Shown here: piece after piece, positions 39,256-49,813 of the stretch
Numbering within the stretch: the first letter of the stretch is position 1
Layout: each line of letters opens with the position of its first letter
Assembly (NCBI GenBank): GCA_963770215.1
Contig: CAVYOP010000014.1
Span: forward strand, 396,940 to 460,939
Source: an uncultured Acidobacteriota bacterium
GTDB lineage: Bacteria > Acidobacteriota > Blastocatellia > Pyrinomonadales > Pyrinomonadaceae
Direction: 5' to 3'
Length of the DNA: 64,000 nt
The notes under the pieces: model-generated
Seen by the model: only the letters and a program-made list of their open reading frames with translations
What the model was told of the DNA's origin: nothing
Database searches by the model: none
Program-made: the position numbers and the translations under genes

Positions 39256-40359
39256 CTATCGCGCTGGTGTGGAGTCGGGATTGGCGCCAAGCCAATTTAT
39301 AAAGAGCTCATAGCCGAGCGCCAACACCGTCGCACCCACAAACATGCCGAGAATTCCGCCACTCGCCATGCCACCCAACGCGCCGAAAAGTATCACCGGC
39401 ATTGGGACGTCAACGCCGCGGCCAAGCATGAGCGGCTTCAGGACGTTATCGGCAATGCCGGTCAGCAAAAGGATGATGGTGTGTACGATCGCCGCTCCGT
39501 TGCTGTAATCACCGCTGGCCCAGATGTAAACGATAACTGGAAGTGTGACGATTAACGCCGGCACTTGAGCGATACCCAACACGAGCGCAATGATTGCCAA
39601 TACACCCGCCACCGGTATGCCGGCGAGCAACAGCGCCAAGCCGATCAGGATCGCTTGAATAGCCGCAACACCGATGACACCCAGCGCCACAGCTCGAATG
39701 GTTGCGAGTGCAAGGTTCGCCATCGACTCACCCCGGGACGAGCCTGCCACACGAGCGAAGATAGCTCGCCCGCTGCGCCCAACTGAGTCGCCGTACGCCA
39801 TCACGATGTTGGCAACGACAAACGACGCCAGAAACAACAACATCGTGCCGCCGATGCTTGCGACCATCGAAAGCGCATCTCGCGCCAGAGCGCCGATCTT
39901 CGGCTGCATACTCTGAACCAGCGCGGGAAGATCGCCATGAGCTTTTGACCAGACGTCGTGGAGGCTCTTGCCCACGATGGGCCAACTTCTTACTCCCTCA
40001 CTCGGAGGCGGTATTTGCAGTGTGTTCTGTTGCGCCGCGCCCACGAGCCTTTGCACCGAATCGGCGAATGAATTCATCAGCAACCAGGTCGGAACGACAA
40101 TCAGCGTGATCCCCAGGAGCACCAGAATAGTCGAGGTCAGTCCTTGTCTGCCGCCGATCCTGCGGGCAAGCATTTGGTGCAATGGATAAAGTGTGACCGC
40201 CAGAATGATCGACCAGATCATCAGGTTCAGAAACGGCGAAAAGACCCGGAAACACAGCACGGCCAAAGCGCCAATCAATCCGACGCGAATTAACGCGTCC
40301 CACAAATTGGAGGACAGCCGGTGTTCAAACCCGAGATCTTGCTGTGCAATGGGCTTCAT
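39256..40359 (-). CDS. AI-2E family transporter (PerM/UPF0118).
   Basis: 367-aa polytopic membrane ORF. Its size and overall pattern fit the AI-2E family as I recall it. Confidence 0.7.
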   Translation of the reverse strand: MKPIAQQDLGFEHRLSSNLWDALIRVGLIGALAVLCFRVFSPFLNLMIWSIILAVTLYPLHQMLARRIGGRQGLTSTILVLLGITLIVVPTWLLMNSFADSVQRLVGAAQQNTLQIPPPSEGVRSWPIVGKSLHDVWSKAHGDLPALVQSMQPKIGALARDALSMVASIGGTMLLFLASFVVANIVMAYGDSVGRSGRAIFARVAGSSRGESMANLALATIRAVALGVIGVAAIQAILIGLALLLAGIPVAGVLAIIALVLGIAQVPALIVTLPVIVYIWASGDYSNGAAIVHTIILLLTGIADNVLKPLMLGRGVDVPMPVILFGALGGMASGGILGMFVGATVLALGYELFINWLGANPDSTPAR

Positions 40360-40660
40360 CGGTTTCGTGTGTCAAGCGCACGCTGATGCAACTCTATTTC
40401 GGCTACGCGTGGCTGGCTACTGTAACTTTTGACAGTGGGCCCCGAAGCCCAATAGCCCGCTAGTCACCACACAACCCGCGGCTAATCACATCCAACTGCC
40501 GTCCCGTCACAAAATCGGCTCTGCCAGAACGTTCCGAGCATACGATGGGCCCACAATTGATCGCTCCCCAATAACTTCCTTTCCGTTGCTCAAGCCTGCG
40601 CATCGACGACGCGCTAACTAAAACAACCAGCCTTTAAGCTCAGCCCGGAAGGGGACCACC

Positions 40661-43600
40661 ATGAGAAGAACCATCGCCTTTGCCATCGCCGTTTTGTTGT
40701 CTGCTATCACGCTGTTGCCCCTCACGAGAAGTGCGACTGGTCAGGGGGAAGCTGCCGCGGAAAGTAAGTTCTACAGATCTGAAAACCCAGTGCCGAATCA
40801 GTACCTGGTCATCTTCCAGGACAACCTTGAAGGTGAAGAACAGTCGACAATGGCGAGCGATCTGGCCCAACAATACGGCGGACAAGTGCTGCAATGTCCA
40901 TACGAGGCTGGAGTGAACGGCTTTTCAATCCAGACGAGTGAAGCATATGCGTTGGCGCTGAGTGAGGATGCGAGAGTTCAGTACGTTCAAGAAATTCCGG
41001 TGTCAGGTTTTCCGCGCTCGGGATCAGGAACCAACGTGGCTTTGGCGTCAAACGGCGCTCAGGCTTTCGCCTCCTCCACGTTGAATACCAACTTTCCTGT
41101 GAGCGCCATCATCAACGGCGATCGCCGAGGCGCAGGATGGGCAGCAGGCACAGGCGGGTGGCACGACGCCACCGGAAACAGCTTTCCTGACTATCTGGAG
41201 ATCCACTTCAACGGCGAGAAAAGAATCAACCAGATCGATTTCTTCACGCTGCAAGACATTTTCAACAATCCGGCTGAGCCAACCGAAGAAATGACTTTCT
41301 CTCAGTACGGAGTCACTTCTTTCCGGCTTAGCTATTGGGACAGTGCAACGGGCCAGTGGGTAACGTTGGCCCAGGTGGACGGCAACAACAAGGTATGGCG
41401 AACAACGAAATTCCCGACTGTTGTTACTCCGAAGTTATCGATCACGATCCTCAACGGCGCCACGAACTACTCTCGCGTCGTGGAGATTGAAGCGTGGGAA
41501 GCGCCGCAGTCAAACAATGTCGCCCTGGCGTCGAACGGCGGTCAGGCATTCGCATCGTCAACCCTAAACAGCAATTTTCCCGCCAGTGCCGTAATCAATG
41601 GCGACAGCACGGGAACCGGCTGGGGCGCCGGCACGGGCGGTTGGCACGACGCCACCGGCAATATTTTCCCGGACACGTTGGAAGTGCACTTCAGCGGCGA
41701 GAAGCGGATCAACGAAATCGATTTGGTCACTCTCCAGGACGACTTCAACGAGCCTGTCGAGCCCACTCCGACCATGACTTTTTCTCAATACGGTGTCACC
41801 AAGTTTTCAGTCAACTACTGGAATAGCGCGACCGCGCAATGGGTGACGTTGGCCGAAGTAAAAGACAACAACCTCGTTTCGCGGAAGCTGCAATTTCCCA
41901 CCATCAAGACGCCAAAAATCTCGATCGCGATTCTCAAGGGGTTGACCAGTCATTCACGCGTGGTTGAGGTCGAGGCGTGGGAAGCGCCGCCGTCGATCAA
42001 TGTCGCGTCAGCAGCAAACGGCGGTCAGGCATACGCCTCGTCGACGTTGAACGCGAATTTCCCGGTGAGCACCGTGATCAACGGCGATCGCAAAGGAAGC
42101 GGCTGGGGAGCGGGGACAGGCGGCTGGAACGATGCCACGCCAAACACGTTTCCCGACTATCTCGAACTGCACTTCGACGGCGAAAAGATCATCCACCAAG
42201 TGGACACTTTTACTCTTCAGGACAACTTCAACAATCCGATCGATCCTTCATTGTCGACTACGTTCTCTCAGTACGGAGTCACTGCCTTTCGCATCAACTA
42301 CTGGAACAGCGCCACCTCGCAATGGGTGATGTTGAAAGAAGTACAAGGCAACAACAACGTGTGGCGGAGAGTGGAATTCGATCCGGTTCAAACACCGAAG
42401 CTCTCAATTATGATCCTGAACGGCGCCACGAACTACTCTCGCGTAGTAGAGATCGAAGCTTGGGGAGCATCATTGCCGGTAGCCGGCACTGAGGAAGGAA
42501 CTCCGGTGACTGAGGAAAGTCCCGCGCCGACGCCTGAACCCGAGCCAACCGTCGAAGAAGGGATTGTTTTTCCTGGTCCTACTCCGGGAGGTCAGGAATT
42601 TCCTGACGCTGCCGCCGCTGAGGCGCCGCCGACAGAAAATCTCAGGCTGGCAACGGACAAGCGGTATTTCCTTTATCGAAATAAAACTATCGCGCTGGTT
42701 GGGAACTCGAGCTCGTACGTCCCGCATATCGCCAGGAACCGAACCAAGAACTTCCGCTACGATCCGGTCTTCGAGAATTGCACTTTCGATCTGGTTGGCG
42801 GAACCCTGCCTGACGGTACCCCAAAGCGGAAGTTTCATGTTTGCGTCAATCAGATGGTGCAAGACGGTTTGAATCACATGCAGATCTGGGTGGCGCTCAA
42901 TCACAGCCTCGGTAAGTTGCGCAAAGAGGGTCCGGACCCGGTTAACAACATCCTCGGCCAACCCTTCACCGACGAGCAGCCATTCAAGCTGCTCAACGGC
43001 AAGTGGGATTTGAAGCTGGTTACCACCGAGCCAAATCTAACGAAAGCTTTCAATCCGAATTTCTTCGCCAACCTCAAGCAGGTAGTAGATTACTGCCAGC
43101 AAAAGGACGTCATCGTTGGTGTTGTGCTTTTCGATCCCTGGTCCGGTTGGGAGGGACCGGGCGACACACCGACAATCAGTCCGTGGTGGTCCACTAACAA
43201 TACTCTGAATATTGGGTTCTTCGATTCCAAACACTTCGGCAAGTCTGACAGTTTCAATACCAATACTGTCGGCGATCCGACTAAGCCAATCGACACCAAT
43301 GCCAACAATAAAACGCTGCGGAGCGTTCAGGTTGCGTTGTTGAAGAGAACGGTGAATGAGTTGAAGGATTTCAAGAACATCTACTGGGTGCTCTCCAACG
43401 AACCGGATATCGGCGGGGCTGCTGTGGGCCAACCACTGATCACCTGGCTCAGGTACATGGCAAAAACGCTTCGCGCACACGAACCGGTGGCTAATCGCCA
43501 TCTGATTGCAGTCAATGTAACGACTAATCCCGCCGCTATCCAGGGACACCCTGCTGACCGAACCGATCCTTTGAATCCGTCGACGACCAAAGTCATTACT

Positions 43601-44527
43601 GCGATGACGAAGGAAGCCAACGTCGACATCATCACGAGCCACTATGTCCAACTGCTTGGCCCAGTCGGTCCAACCGGGGGCAGAGTGTTTGAAGGAGATC
43701 GATTTGGCGCGATCAGGCTGTTGCAGGATTTCAACAAGTACACGAATGGCGGCGCTAATATCGACAACACCAAGCTCTGGGGATATACGGAGGACAGGCC
43801 AACCGGAGTCAGGAACTGGAATCCTCCGTGGAGCAGTAACGCGGTATTTACCTCGTACGATCCGACATGGGCCGCGGCTGCGGTTCGCGTCGAGGCCTGG
43901 GAGTTCTTGATGAACGGCGGCGGGCTCTTCGATCACTTGAGCTATCGCTGGGGGAACCTCGCGAACGCAGATCCGCCCTTCGCCTGGAACCGAGGCAATG
44001 AACCGCAAGCATTAGCCGCGCGAGCTCAGTTAGGGTACCTGAAAAAATTTATGGGCGCCCTTAACCTTGATGGGATGAAGCGAATGATGCTGGGGGAGAA
44101 CAGCACCTGGATACTTTCGCCTCCCATTTACGGGTCGCAAAAGTACTGGTCCGCGATGTCGAGGCCGCGGACCGGCACCGGTGCTGCGACGAAGTACGAG
44201 ACATTTCTCTTTTACTTTCATCGCAGCACCCTGGTGAATACCGGGGCCAAATATGAGCCGTGGAATATAAACAACAACTTGACAACTCTCACGCTCAGAG
44301 TCACTCAAATGCCAAACGTCGGCTGTTACAAGGCTGAATGGTACACGCCGAGTGGCGAGACGATTGATAACAAGGTCGGGCTGGAAGGTGGAGCGCTGAG
44401 GGTAATACAGACCAACAAATTCTACTCCTCCGGAACAACAAGCTGGAGGGACATAACGGGTCCTAAATACAAACAGGACACGCTGGTGAAGATCACGTGG
44501 CTTCAAGCCGGGCTATGTCCGCCGTAA
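40661..44527 (+). CDS. Secreted multidomain protein: peptidase-inhibitor I9-like domain, three discoidin (F5/8 type C)-like domains, a Pro/Glu linker, and a clan GH-A-like glycosidase domain.
   Basis: 1288-aa ORF with a signal peptide (MRRTIAFAIAVLLSAITLLPL). YLVIFQDNLEG...NGFSIQTSEAYALALSEDARVQYVQE is I9-like. Three ~161-aa repeats follow. YWVLSNEPDIGG is a NEP motif typical of clan GH-A. Confidence 0.7.
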   Translation: MRRTIAFAIAVLLSAITLLPLTRSATGQGEAAAESKFYRSENPVPNQYLVIFQDNLEGEEQSTMASDLAQQYGGQVLQCPYEAGVNGFSIQTSEAYALALSEDARVQYVQEIPVSGFPRSGSGTNVALASNGAQAFASSTLNTNFPVSAIINGDRRGAGWAAGTGGWHDATGNSFPDYLEIHFNGEKRINQIDFFTLQDIFNNPAEPTEEMTFSQYGVTSFRLSYWDSATGQWVTLAQVDGNNKVWRTTKFPTVVTPKLSITILNGATNYSRVVEIEAWEAPQSNNVALASNGGQAFASSTLNSNFPASAVINGDSTGTGWGAGTGGWHDATGNIFPDTLEVHFSGEKRINEIDLVTLQDDFNEPVEPTPTMTFSQYGVTKFSVNYWNSATAQWVTLAEVKDNNLVSRKLQFPTIKTPKISIAILKGLTSHSRVVEVEAWEAPPSINVASAANGGQAYASSTLNANFPVSTVINGDRKGSGWGAGTGGWNDATPNTFPDYLELHFDGEKIIHQVDTFTLQDNFNNPIDPSLSTTFSQYGVTAFRINYWNSATSQWVMLKEVQGNNNVWRRVEFDPVQTPKLSIMILNGATNYSRVVEIEAWGASLPVAGTEEGTPVTEESPAPTPEPEPTVEEGIVFPGPTPGGQEFPDAAAAEAPPTENLRLATDKRYFLYRNKTIALVGNSSSYVPHIARNRTKNFRYDPVFENCTFDLVGGTLPDGTPKRKFHVCVNQMVQDGLNHMQIWVALNHSLGKLRKEGPDPVNNILGQPFTDEQPFKLLNGKWDLKLVTTEPNLTKAFNPNFFANLKQVVDYCQQKDVIVGVVLFDPWSGWEGPGDTPTISPWWSTNNTLNIGFFDSKHFGKSDSFNTNTVGDPTKPIDTNANNKTLRSVQVALLKRTVNELKDFKNIYWVLSNEPDIGGAAVGQPLITWLRYMAKTLRAHEPVANRHLIAVNVTTNPAAIQGHPADRTDPLNPSTTKVITAMTKEANVDIITSHYVQLLGPVGPTGGRVFEGDRFGAIRLLQDFNKYTNGGANIDNTKLWGYTEDRPTGVRNWNPPWSSNAVFTSYDPTWAAAAVRVEAWEFLMNGGGLFDHLSYRWGNLANADPPFAWNRGNEPQALAARAQLGYLKKFMGALNLDGMKRMMLGENSTWILSPPIYGSQKYWSAMSRPRTGTGAATKYETFLFYFHRSTLVNTGAKYEPWNINNNLTTLTLRVTQMPNVGCYKAEWYTPSGETIDNKVGLEGGALRVIQTNKFYSSGTTSWRDITGPKYKQDTLVKITWLQAGLCPP
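41030..42478 (+). repeat. Three 483-bp tandem coding repeats (discoidin-like domains), diverged.
   Basis: Repeat starts are at about 41030, 41513 and 41996 (NVALASNGAQAFASS / NVALASNGGQAFASS / NVASAANGGQAYASS). Each ends in SRVVEIEAWEAP-like sequence. Confidence 0.85.
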
Positions 44528-44540
44528 GCTAGTTCTGGGT

Positions 44541-44775
44541 TGCTTTGCCTGAATCTCACACCACGGCTTTGCCGCCCGATGTGAGGCGAGGCTTGCCTCG
44601 CCGTTCGCAGAACAGAAGAACTCATGGGCTTCAGCCCTTGGTTCGGCCTTGGCCCACAAGCAAGGGCCAAAGCCCGAACCAGGGCGAAGCCCAGAGTTTT
44701 AGGCCGTCTGCGGCGAGGCCAAGCCTCGCCGCACATCGGGCGGCAAGCCGCGGCGCGAAACTCTTGAGGCAAAGC
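44541..44775. mobile_element. MITE-like palindromic element, family 2, copy B.
   Basis: GCTTTGCCTGAATCTCACACCACGGCTTTGCCGCCCGATGTGAGGCGAGGCTTGCCTCGCCG versus its imperfect reverse complement at the right end. It starts 14 nt after the stop of the 1288-aa gene. Confidence 0.75.
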
Positions 44776-44788
44776 GAGCCCTGAATAA

Positions 44789-45736
44789 CTAAACGGCTGA
44801 GCCGGCGGTCTCTCGTACGGCAACGGGTTCCGCGACGCGAGATCGCAGGCTGGCCATCAGGAGACAAGCGCCACGCGCGGCGCAAACGATCGTCACGCTG
44901 TAGAACATCATGTACTGAACGTGAGCGTCAGCAGCGCATAGTAAGCGAACGCGATTGAAGCGCCGAAGAAAATCTGACTTCGCAATCGCGATGGCGACGT
45001 CTGCGGATCAGTGATCATGTAGAAGGTGAACAGCACCATCGGGATGCCGGTCAGCACCACCAGCTCGGCCGGGCAGCGGCGTGCCGCGGATCAGTGAGCG
45101 ACGAAGCCGAGCACGACGAAGCGTGCCCGAGCCACGCAAGAGATGCTGGCGATCCTGCCGGTGAAAGAGCAGGTTCAAACGCGTCGCCGAGCATCACGAT
45201 CGCAAGCGGCACCACCCAGTCCCACGGACTGATGAATGTCGGTGGTGAAGTTCCACGGCAGGACACCGGTCCATTGATAGACGATCAAGCACGATCGCGA
45301 TGCCGAAGTTCGACGGGTTCATGAAGTGCTGCAGCCGCCCGTTGACGCGCACCCGAAGAACGTGTTTGGAGCCGATGGCGAGCGCGACGGTGAGCGCCAT
45401 GATCCAGAGCCGTTCACCAAAGTAGAGCAGGAACGACAGCGTGATCGACGTCATGTGCGGCGCAAGCAGAAAGTCGACGAGCTTTGCGAAAGCCGCCGCC
45501 GGCGTAGGCCGGGCTGGCAGCCGCTGGCCCGCGCATCGACCCATTCGAAAAGCAACGCGCAGGAGTAGCCGGTTACCGAGCGCCACGAACACCTGGCTCA
45601 GCGGTTGCTCGAAGCCAAAGACCGTATGGCCCAGAATAGTGAACACTGTGGCCAGAGAGGCCGACATTTTGAGGCCGGTGCGCGGATCGCGTTTCTTGCG
45701 CTCGACGTTGGCGATTGGAGCGGTGGCCGCGTTCAT
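44789..45736 (-). pseudogene. UnbU-like polytopic membrane protein (RnfD/NqrB-like fold), with several frameshifts.
   Basis: ORF 45194..45736 (LGHTVFGFEQP, FMNPSNFGIAIVL) plus out-of-frame continuations that I translated (VLTGIPMVLFTFYMITDPQTSPS..., ending ...VAVRETAGSAV*). About 315 codons. ATGA overlap with the upstream UnbV-like gene. Confidence 0.55.
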
Positions 45737-47744
45737 TTCGTACCTCCTTGCGCAGCCAGAACAACCGTGTGGTAACCGGGCGTAAGCGAAAGCGCGTCGC
45801 GATGAAGCGCGCCGTGCAGATCGCGCCAGGTGATCCGGACTGGAATCTGTTGGCCGACGCTTTGCCCGAGACCGAAGAGAACCTGCGGACTGCGCTGTCC
45901 CGAATGGCCGTTGCCGCCGTCAACCTGACGGATCTGAGTTCGACCGCCGGGCACGTCGACCTCGACAAATGCGCCGATCGCAGGCGTGCCTTCACGCCAA
46001 CGTCGGATGTCCGTCGTGCACCTGGTCGTGGCCGGCGGTTTCACGCTGACTGTCCGGATTGGCTACCGGCAGCAGCAGATGCAGACCGAGAAAGCGATTG
46101 CCGCTCGTCTTCGTTCTTGACGTAAACCGAGTCTTCCCAGAAGTTCGCGTAGACCATCTCCGGGATAGCCGTCGCCGTCTACGTCGGCGACCGCGATGCC
46201 GCGAGTAGCCGGTGTCAGTCCCGGGAACAGTGTTGTCGACAGGTCGGCGTAGCGCCCGTTCTCACTCAGCACCCAGAACGGATTCGGGTAAGAGCCGTCG
46301 ACTCTCCGCCGAGCCCATGCGAAACTCCGGCCAGCACGACTGGTACTTGACAAACACGTCGTTGCCGGCGCCTACTTGCGACAAATCCGGCCAGCGATTG
46401 TGCTGTGCCTTTCACGAGACCCGTGGCCTGGACCAGCTCGAGCACGCCGTCGTTATTGAAGTCTTCAAAGCGCGAGTCCCACGCCCAGGCGCTGTGGGCG
46501 ACGCCGGCCTGTGCTGGCGATTGACCCAGGGCGCGACACCTCGCGCGATCGCTCGCATTTGCCGGTGCTGGTCCACAGGAAGTGAGCTTCCTGAAGGGCA
46601 AACGGCGAGCCGATGTTGCTGACGGACATGTCGAAGATGCCGTCGTCATTGACGTCGCCGAAATCGATGCTCATGCCTTTGAATGAATCGTGGCCAATCG
46701 CCATCGACCGCGGATCGCCAAGAAGCCGTTCTTGCCCTTCAGCTCCTGAAACTTGACCGTTGCCCGGTTGTCGAACGATTCCACAGCAGCTGGTCGGGAC
46801 CGAAGTCGTTGGCGATGTAGAGATCGGAGAGGCCGTCGCGGTCGAGATCGGCCGCGCCGATGGCCAGCGTCCACCCATACTCGCCGTCGATCCGGAAAGA
46901 CGTCGCCGGCATCGCGGTAGACGCACCGACGGCGTCGGACCGGACGTGCTGTTCGGCGTAGAGAAAGATCCGGTTCTTGCCGCCGTTGCGCGCGCGCGAG
47001 AAGTCGCGCGTTCATTTCAAACGGACGGCTCGAGTTGCCGTCGAGTGATCTCGGCGCCGTCGGGATAGTAGTTGCCGACGATGATGTCCTGATGGCCGTC
47101 GCCGTCGACGTCGGCAAAAGCAGCCGTCGCGGTCCACCAGCGTTGCGTCGAGACCGGGAACCAGTTCCGCAACCGTAAACATGCCTGCATCGAAAGGCGC
47201 ACCTTGTTCAGTTGCGCTCGGCGCGTTGCGCAACAGCAAGCAGCGGAGGCCGGCCGTAGAAAGTGACGAACAGGTCGGAGAGACCGTCTTCATTCATGTC
47301 GGCGATGCGACAAACGCTCGGATGCTCGCGTCACGCGATCGAAGAAGGTTCCAAACTCGAGCGTAAACGGCGGATAGCGATCGCCGGTGCTCGGAGCACC
47401 GGTCTCACGCATCGCCGACTTGGTTTGCACATCGGTGAGGCATAGATCGTTGGGCAGGCCGTCGCCGTCGAGATCGCCCAAGCGCGGCGGATTCGCCGAC
47501 CTGGTAGAAGTAAAAGGCCATGTGCGTGCGCGGTCTTGTTCACCGGGAAGACGACTCCGCCGGGCGGCACAGGAGGGGCGGGCAAGGTGCTCCACGTAAA
47601 TTGAAACTGCGAGGCTAAACGCGCTGCTTCACTGTCAGGCACACCAGGCAGTCGCGCCAGGTACGCCAGTGCTCCGCACACGACGACTACAGTCAAAACT
47701 ACCGTGAAATTTTGTTTTCGCTGAGGATCTTTTCTGGTTGACAT
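45733..47744 (-). pseudogene. FG-GAP/VCBS-repeat protein with a C-terminal ASPIC/UnbV-like domain (CRTAC1 family), with many frameshifts.
   Basis: Fragments are 47331..47744 (N-terminal anchor), 47290..47595 (GDLDGDGLPNDLCLTD), 47017..47202 (DVDGDGHQDIIVGNYYPDG), 46465..46926 (DFGDVNDDGIFDMSVSN), 46266..46649, 46063..46353 (ADVDGDGYP) and 45733..46044 (VRITWRDLHG...LTPGYHTVVL). Confidence 0.65.
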
Positions 47745-47770
47745 AAAAGCATCTTCCCTGTCTTTTACCT

Positions 47771-48850
47771 TTAGAGATGAGCCGTGGGGGTAGCGTGGTG
47801 AAGCTCACTCTGTTTGAGGTTTGGGTAATTGTCGCCGGCGTCCGGTTCCCGCAACGGCGCGAGATTTCGCTGATGTCGATAGCGCGAGATCACCGGGTAG
47901 ACTTCCCTTCGCGCCCGATTGATGTTGCCTAGCGGTCGATGTTCCGGCAGGGTGCGCCAGGCATTGAACGAGATGTTTTCACAGAACGCCGTGTGTTCGG
48001 GCGAGTCACAGCGTTGTGCTGGAATTTTGATCGTCGCCACCTTCCGGTAAGGCGAGAGAGATTCATTCCAGGCGACATTGGCGTCTTCGATCGGCATTCG
48101 ATTCGCGTCCGTCTGAAACTGAATGCTGAAATCAAAAGCGGCGTCGGTAGTGGCCAGTTGTGCTGTCAACCGCTCGCGCAGAAAGTTGTTGGCCGGTTCG
48201 CTCGGCAGTTTACTGACTGCTGGTTGATGTGGTCTGAGGTGATATTGGACCGCGCGAGTGCCAAACAAATAAGGTGTCTGGCTGAAGTACGGAACTTCCA
48301 GCAGGTTCGAACATTTCTTGAACGACGTCAGGATGGTCCAGGCAACGCGCGGATGAGTCAGGAAAAACCAGAGTTGCTTGAGACGGCTTCCATCGAGAGC
48401 AACTTCGAGGTCATAGAACTGTTGCAGGTTCGGCGTCAGAAACTTCTTAAATCCCATCATGATGAGATCGAGCGTTTCCGCCGTCTCATCGTCCTGCCAA
48501 AGCATCCGGCCGCTGACGCCGATTAGTTTGATCGACATCGATCGGACGTCGCGTTTCTTGTCTGCCTGTGGAATAGGGCTCGTGTTCGCGAACCTGATCC
48601 AACACGGATAGGTGCGAGCCTCTTTAAAAAGCCCCACTCTCAACTCCTCAGGCAGGTCGGCCTCGACACGAAACTCTCCTTTGACGATGCAGTGTCCCTT
48701 GGCATGAGTGTCGCGATAAGTCGTGCCGGTCAGGTAACTCTTTTGCAGCATCTCGAGCAGCAGCGCCGTGAGCTTGCGCGTAAGCTCGGCTTCGTTGGCC
48801 TGCGGATACTCTTTGTTCAGCTCGAGTTTCACGAATAACTCCTGAGACAA
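47771..48850 (-). CDS. Catalase-related haem protein (small catalase-family, y4iL/AOS-like).
   Basis: 359-aa ORF. Distal-His motif YRDTHAKGH. Proximal-Tyr motif RREVYPVISRYR. It lacks the size of a true catalase. The start is probably TTG at 48850, 3 nt after the upstream stop (start uncertain). Confidence 0.7.
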   Translation of the reverse strand: MSQELFVKLELNKEYPQANEAELTRKLTALLLEMLQKSYLTGTTYRDTHAKGHCIVKGEFRVEADLPEELRVGLFKEARTYPCWIRFANTSPIPQADKKRDVRSMSIKLIGVSGRMLWQDDETAETLDLIMMGFKKFLTPNLQQFYDLEVALDGSRLKQLWFFLTHPRVAWTILTSFKKCSNLLEVPYFSQTPYLFGTRAVQYHLRPHQPAVSKLPSEPANNFLRERLTAQLATTDAAFDFSIQFQTDANRMPIEDANVAWNESLSPYRKVATIKIPAQRCDSPEHTAFCENISFNAWRTLPEHRPLGNINRARREVYPVISRYRHQRNLAPLREPDAGDNYPNLKQSELHHATPTAHL

Positions 48851-48853
48851 TCG

Positions 48854-49441
48854 CTAGCTGCCGATTAACACAAACACCCAGAAAACGAACGACACGAACA
48901 TCGTGACCCCGCAAAAAGCAAAGATGACAGCAAACGACGATCGCGGCATCGGCGACTGCGACTCTGCATCTAAGTCGCTGGTTCGATAATGACGATCCAA
49001 TACGGCGAGCAATTTCACGTTTCGCTCGTCCTTGGCAGCCAACGCCTTGTAGACCAGCACCGTCATGATCCCGCCCAAAACGTTCCAGGAAATGAGCAAC
49101 AGGCAGGCGAGATTGAAGAACCAGCCCGGTCGTGACTTATCCAGCAGCAAACCCACGGCAACAGCGTTGACGCTGAATTGCAGCGCAAACCAGCCGAAGT
49201 AAACTTGAAAACCAAGGCGCATCCAGTTGCTCGACTCTTCCATCTCCTTCTGCAGCAATTTCGCGCCGTCGTCGCTGGTGTTGGATCCGTTTGGTGAAGG
49301 TGTGTCGTGCTTGTGTTCGTGGATGTGAACGTTTGGATTCACCACGGTGCCGTAGAGCACGCGGTTGCTGCGTTTTTTGGATCTGCGCAAGCTAACGTAA
49401 CGAAAGCGCGGATCGGCGGTTTGCCATTTCACAAAGCGCAT
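48854..49441 (-). CDS. Hypothetical membrane protein.
   Basis: Runs from the ATG at 49441 (MRFVKWQTADPRF...) and has three or four TM segments. Its start overlaps the upstream stop (TGATG). Confidence 0.5.
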   Translation of the reverse strand: MRFVKWQTADPRFRYVSLRRSKKRSNRVLYGTVVNPNVHIHEHKHDTPSPNGSNTSDDGAKLLQKEMEESSNWMRLGFQVYFGWFALQFSVNAVAVGLLLDKSRPGWFFNLACLLLISWNVLGGIMTVLVYKALAAKDERNVKLLAVLDRHYRTSDLDAESQSPMPRSSFAVIFAFCGVTMFVSFVFWVFVLIGS

Positions 49442-49803
49442 CAAAAACGATTCCTGAGAAAGAGTTTGAAGCCGTCCCACGCGATCTTTAAGTTCAGCCC
49501 GCCCTTGCTCGCGCTGTAGACCGGCGTATACGTGAGATTGGAAAAGTACTTGTACATCACATAGCCCTGCACCATCTCTTGCGTTGCGTCCTGCGTTGGA
49601 AGATTGAAAAGCAGCCAACCGCTGTGAAGGTCCGTAGTGGTATAAGCTGCCTTCCACTTGCGTTCGAGCGCAGTTGCCACACCGTAAACGTAATCACCAT
49701 TCTTCAGTCGGGCTTGCTCTGCGCTATCGAGCTCAAAAAACGATGGATCAAGGTCGTATGTAACCAACCACCACGTCGGCCGGCCCGGGTCTGCTTCAGC
49801 CAT
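49441..49803 (-). CDS. Hypothetical protein.
   Basis: The ATG at 49803 is preceded by GAGGTG and lies 10 nt after the desaturase stop (MAEADPGRPTWWLVTYDLDPSFF...). No family recognised. Confidence 0.5.
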   Translation of the reverse strand: MAEADPGRPTWWLVTYDLDPSFFELDSAEQARLKNGDYVYGVATALERKWKAAYTTTDLHSGWLLFNLPTQDATQEMVQGYVMYKYFSNLTYTPVYSASKGGLNLKIAWDGFKLFLRNRF

Positions 49804-49813
49804 GTCGTTCACC

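Noticed and set aside
44503-44885. ORFs 44503..44823, 44545..44784 and 44631..44885.
   Set aside because: They are translations of the family-2 element copy B, or of the out-of-frame 3' end of the UnbU-like gene. They have no independent support.
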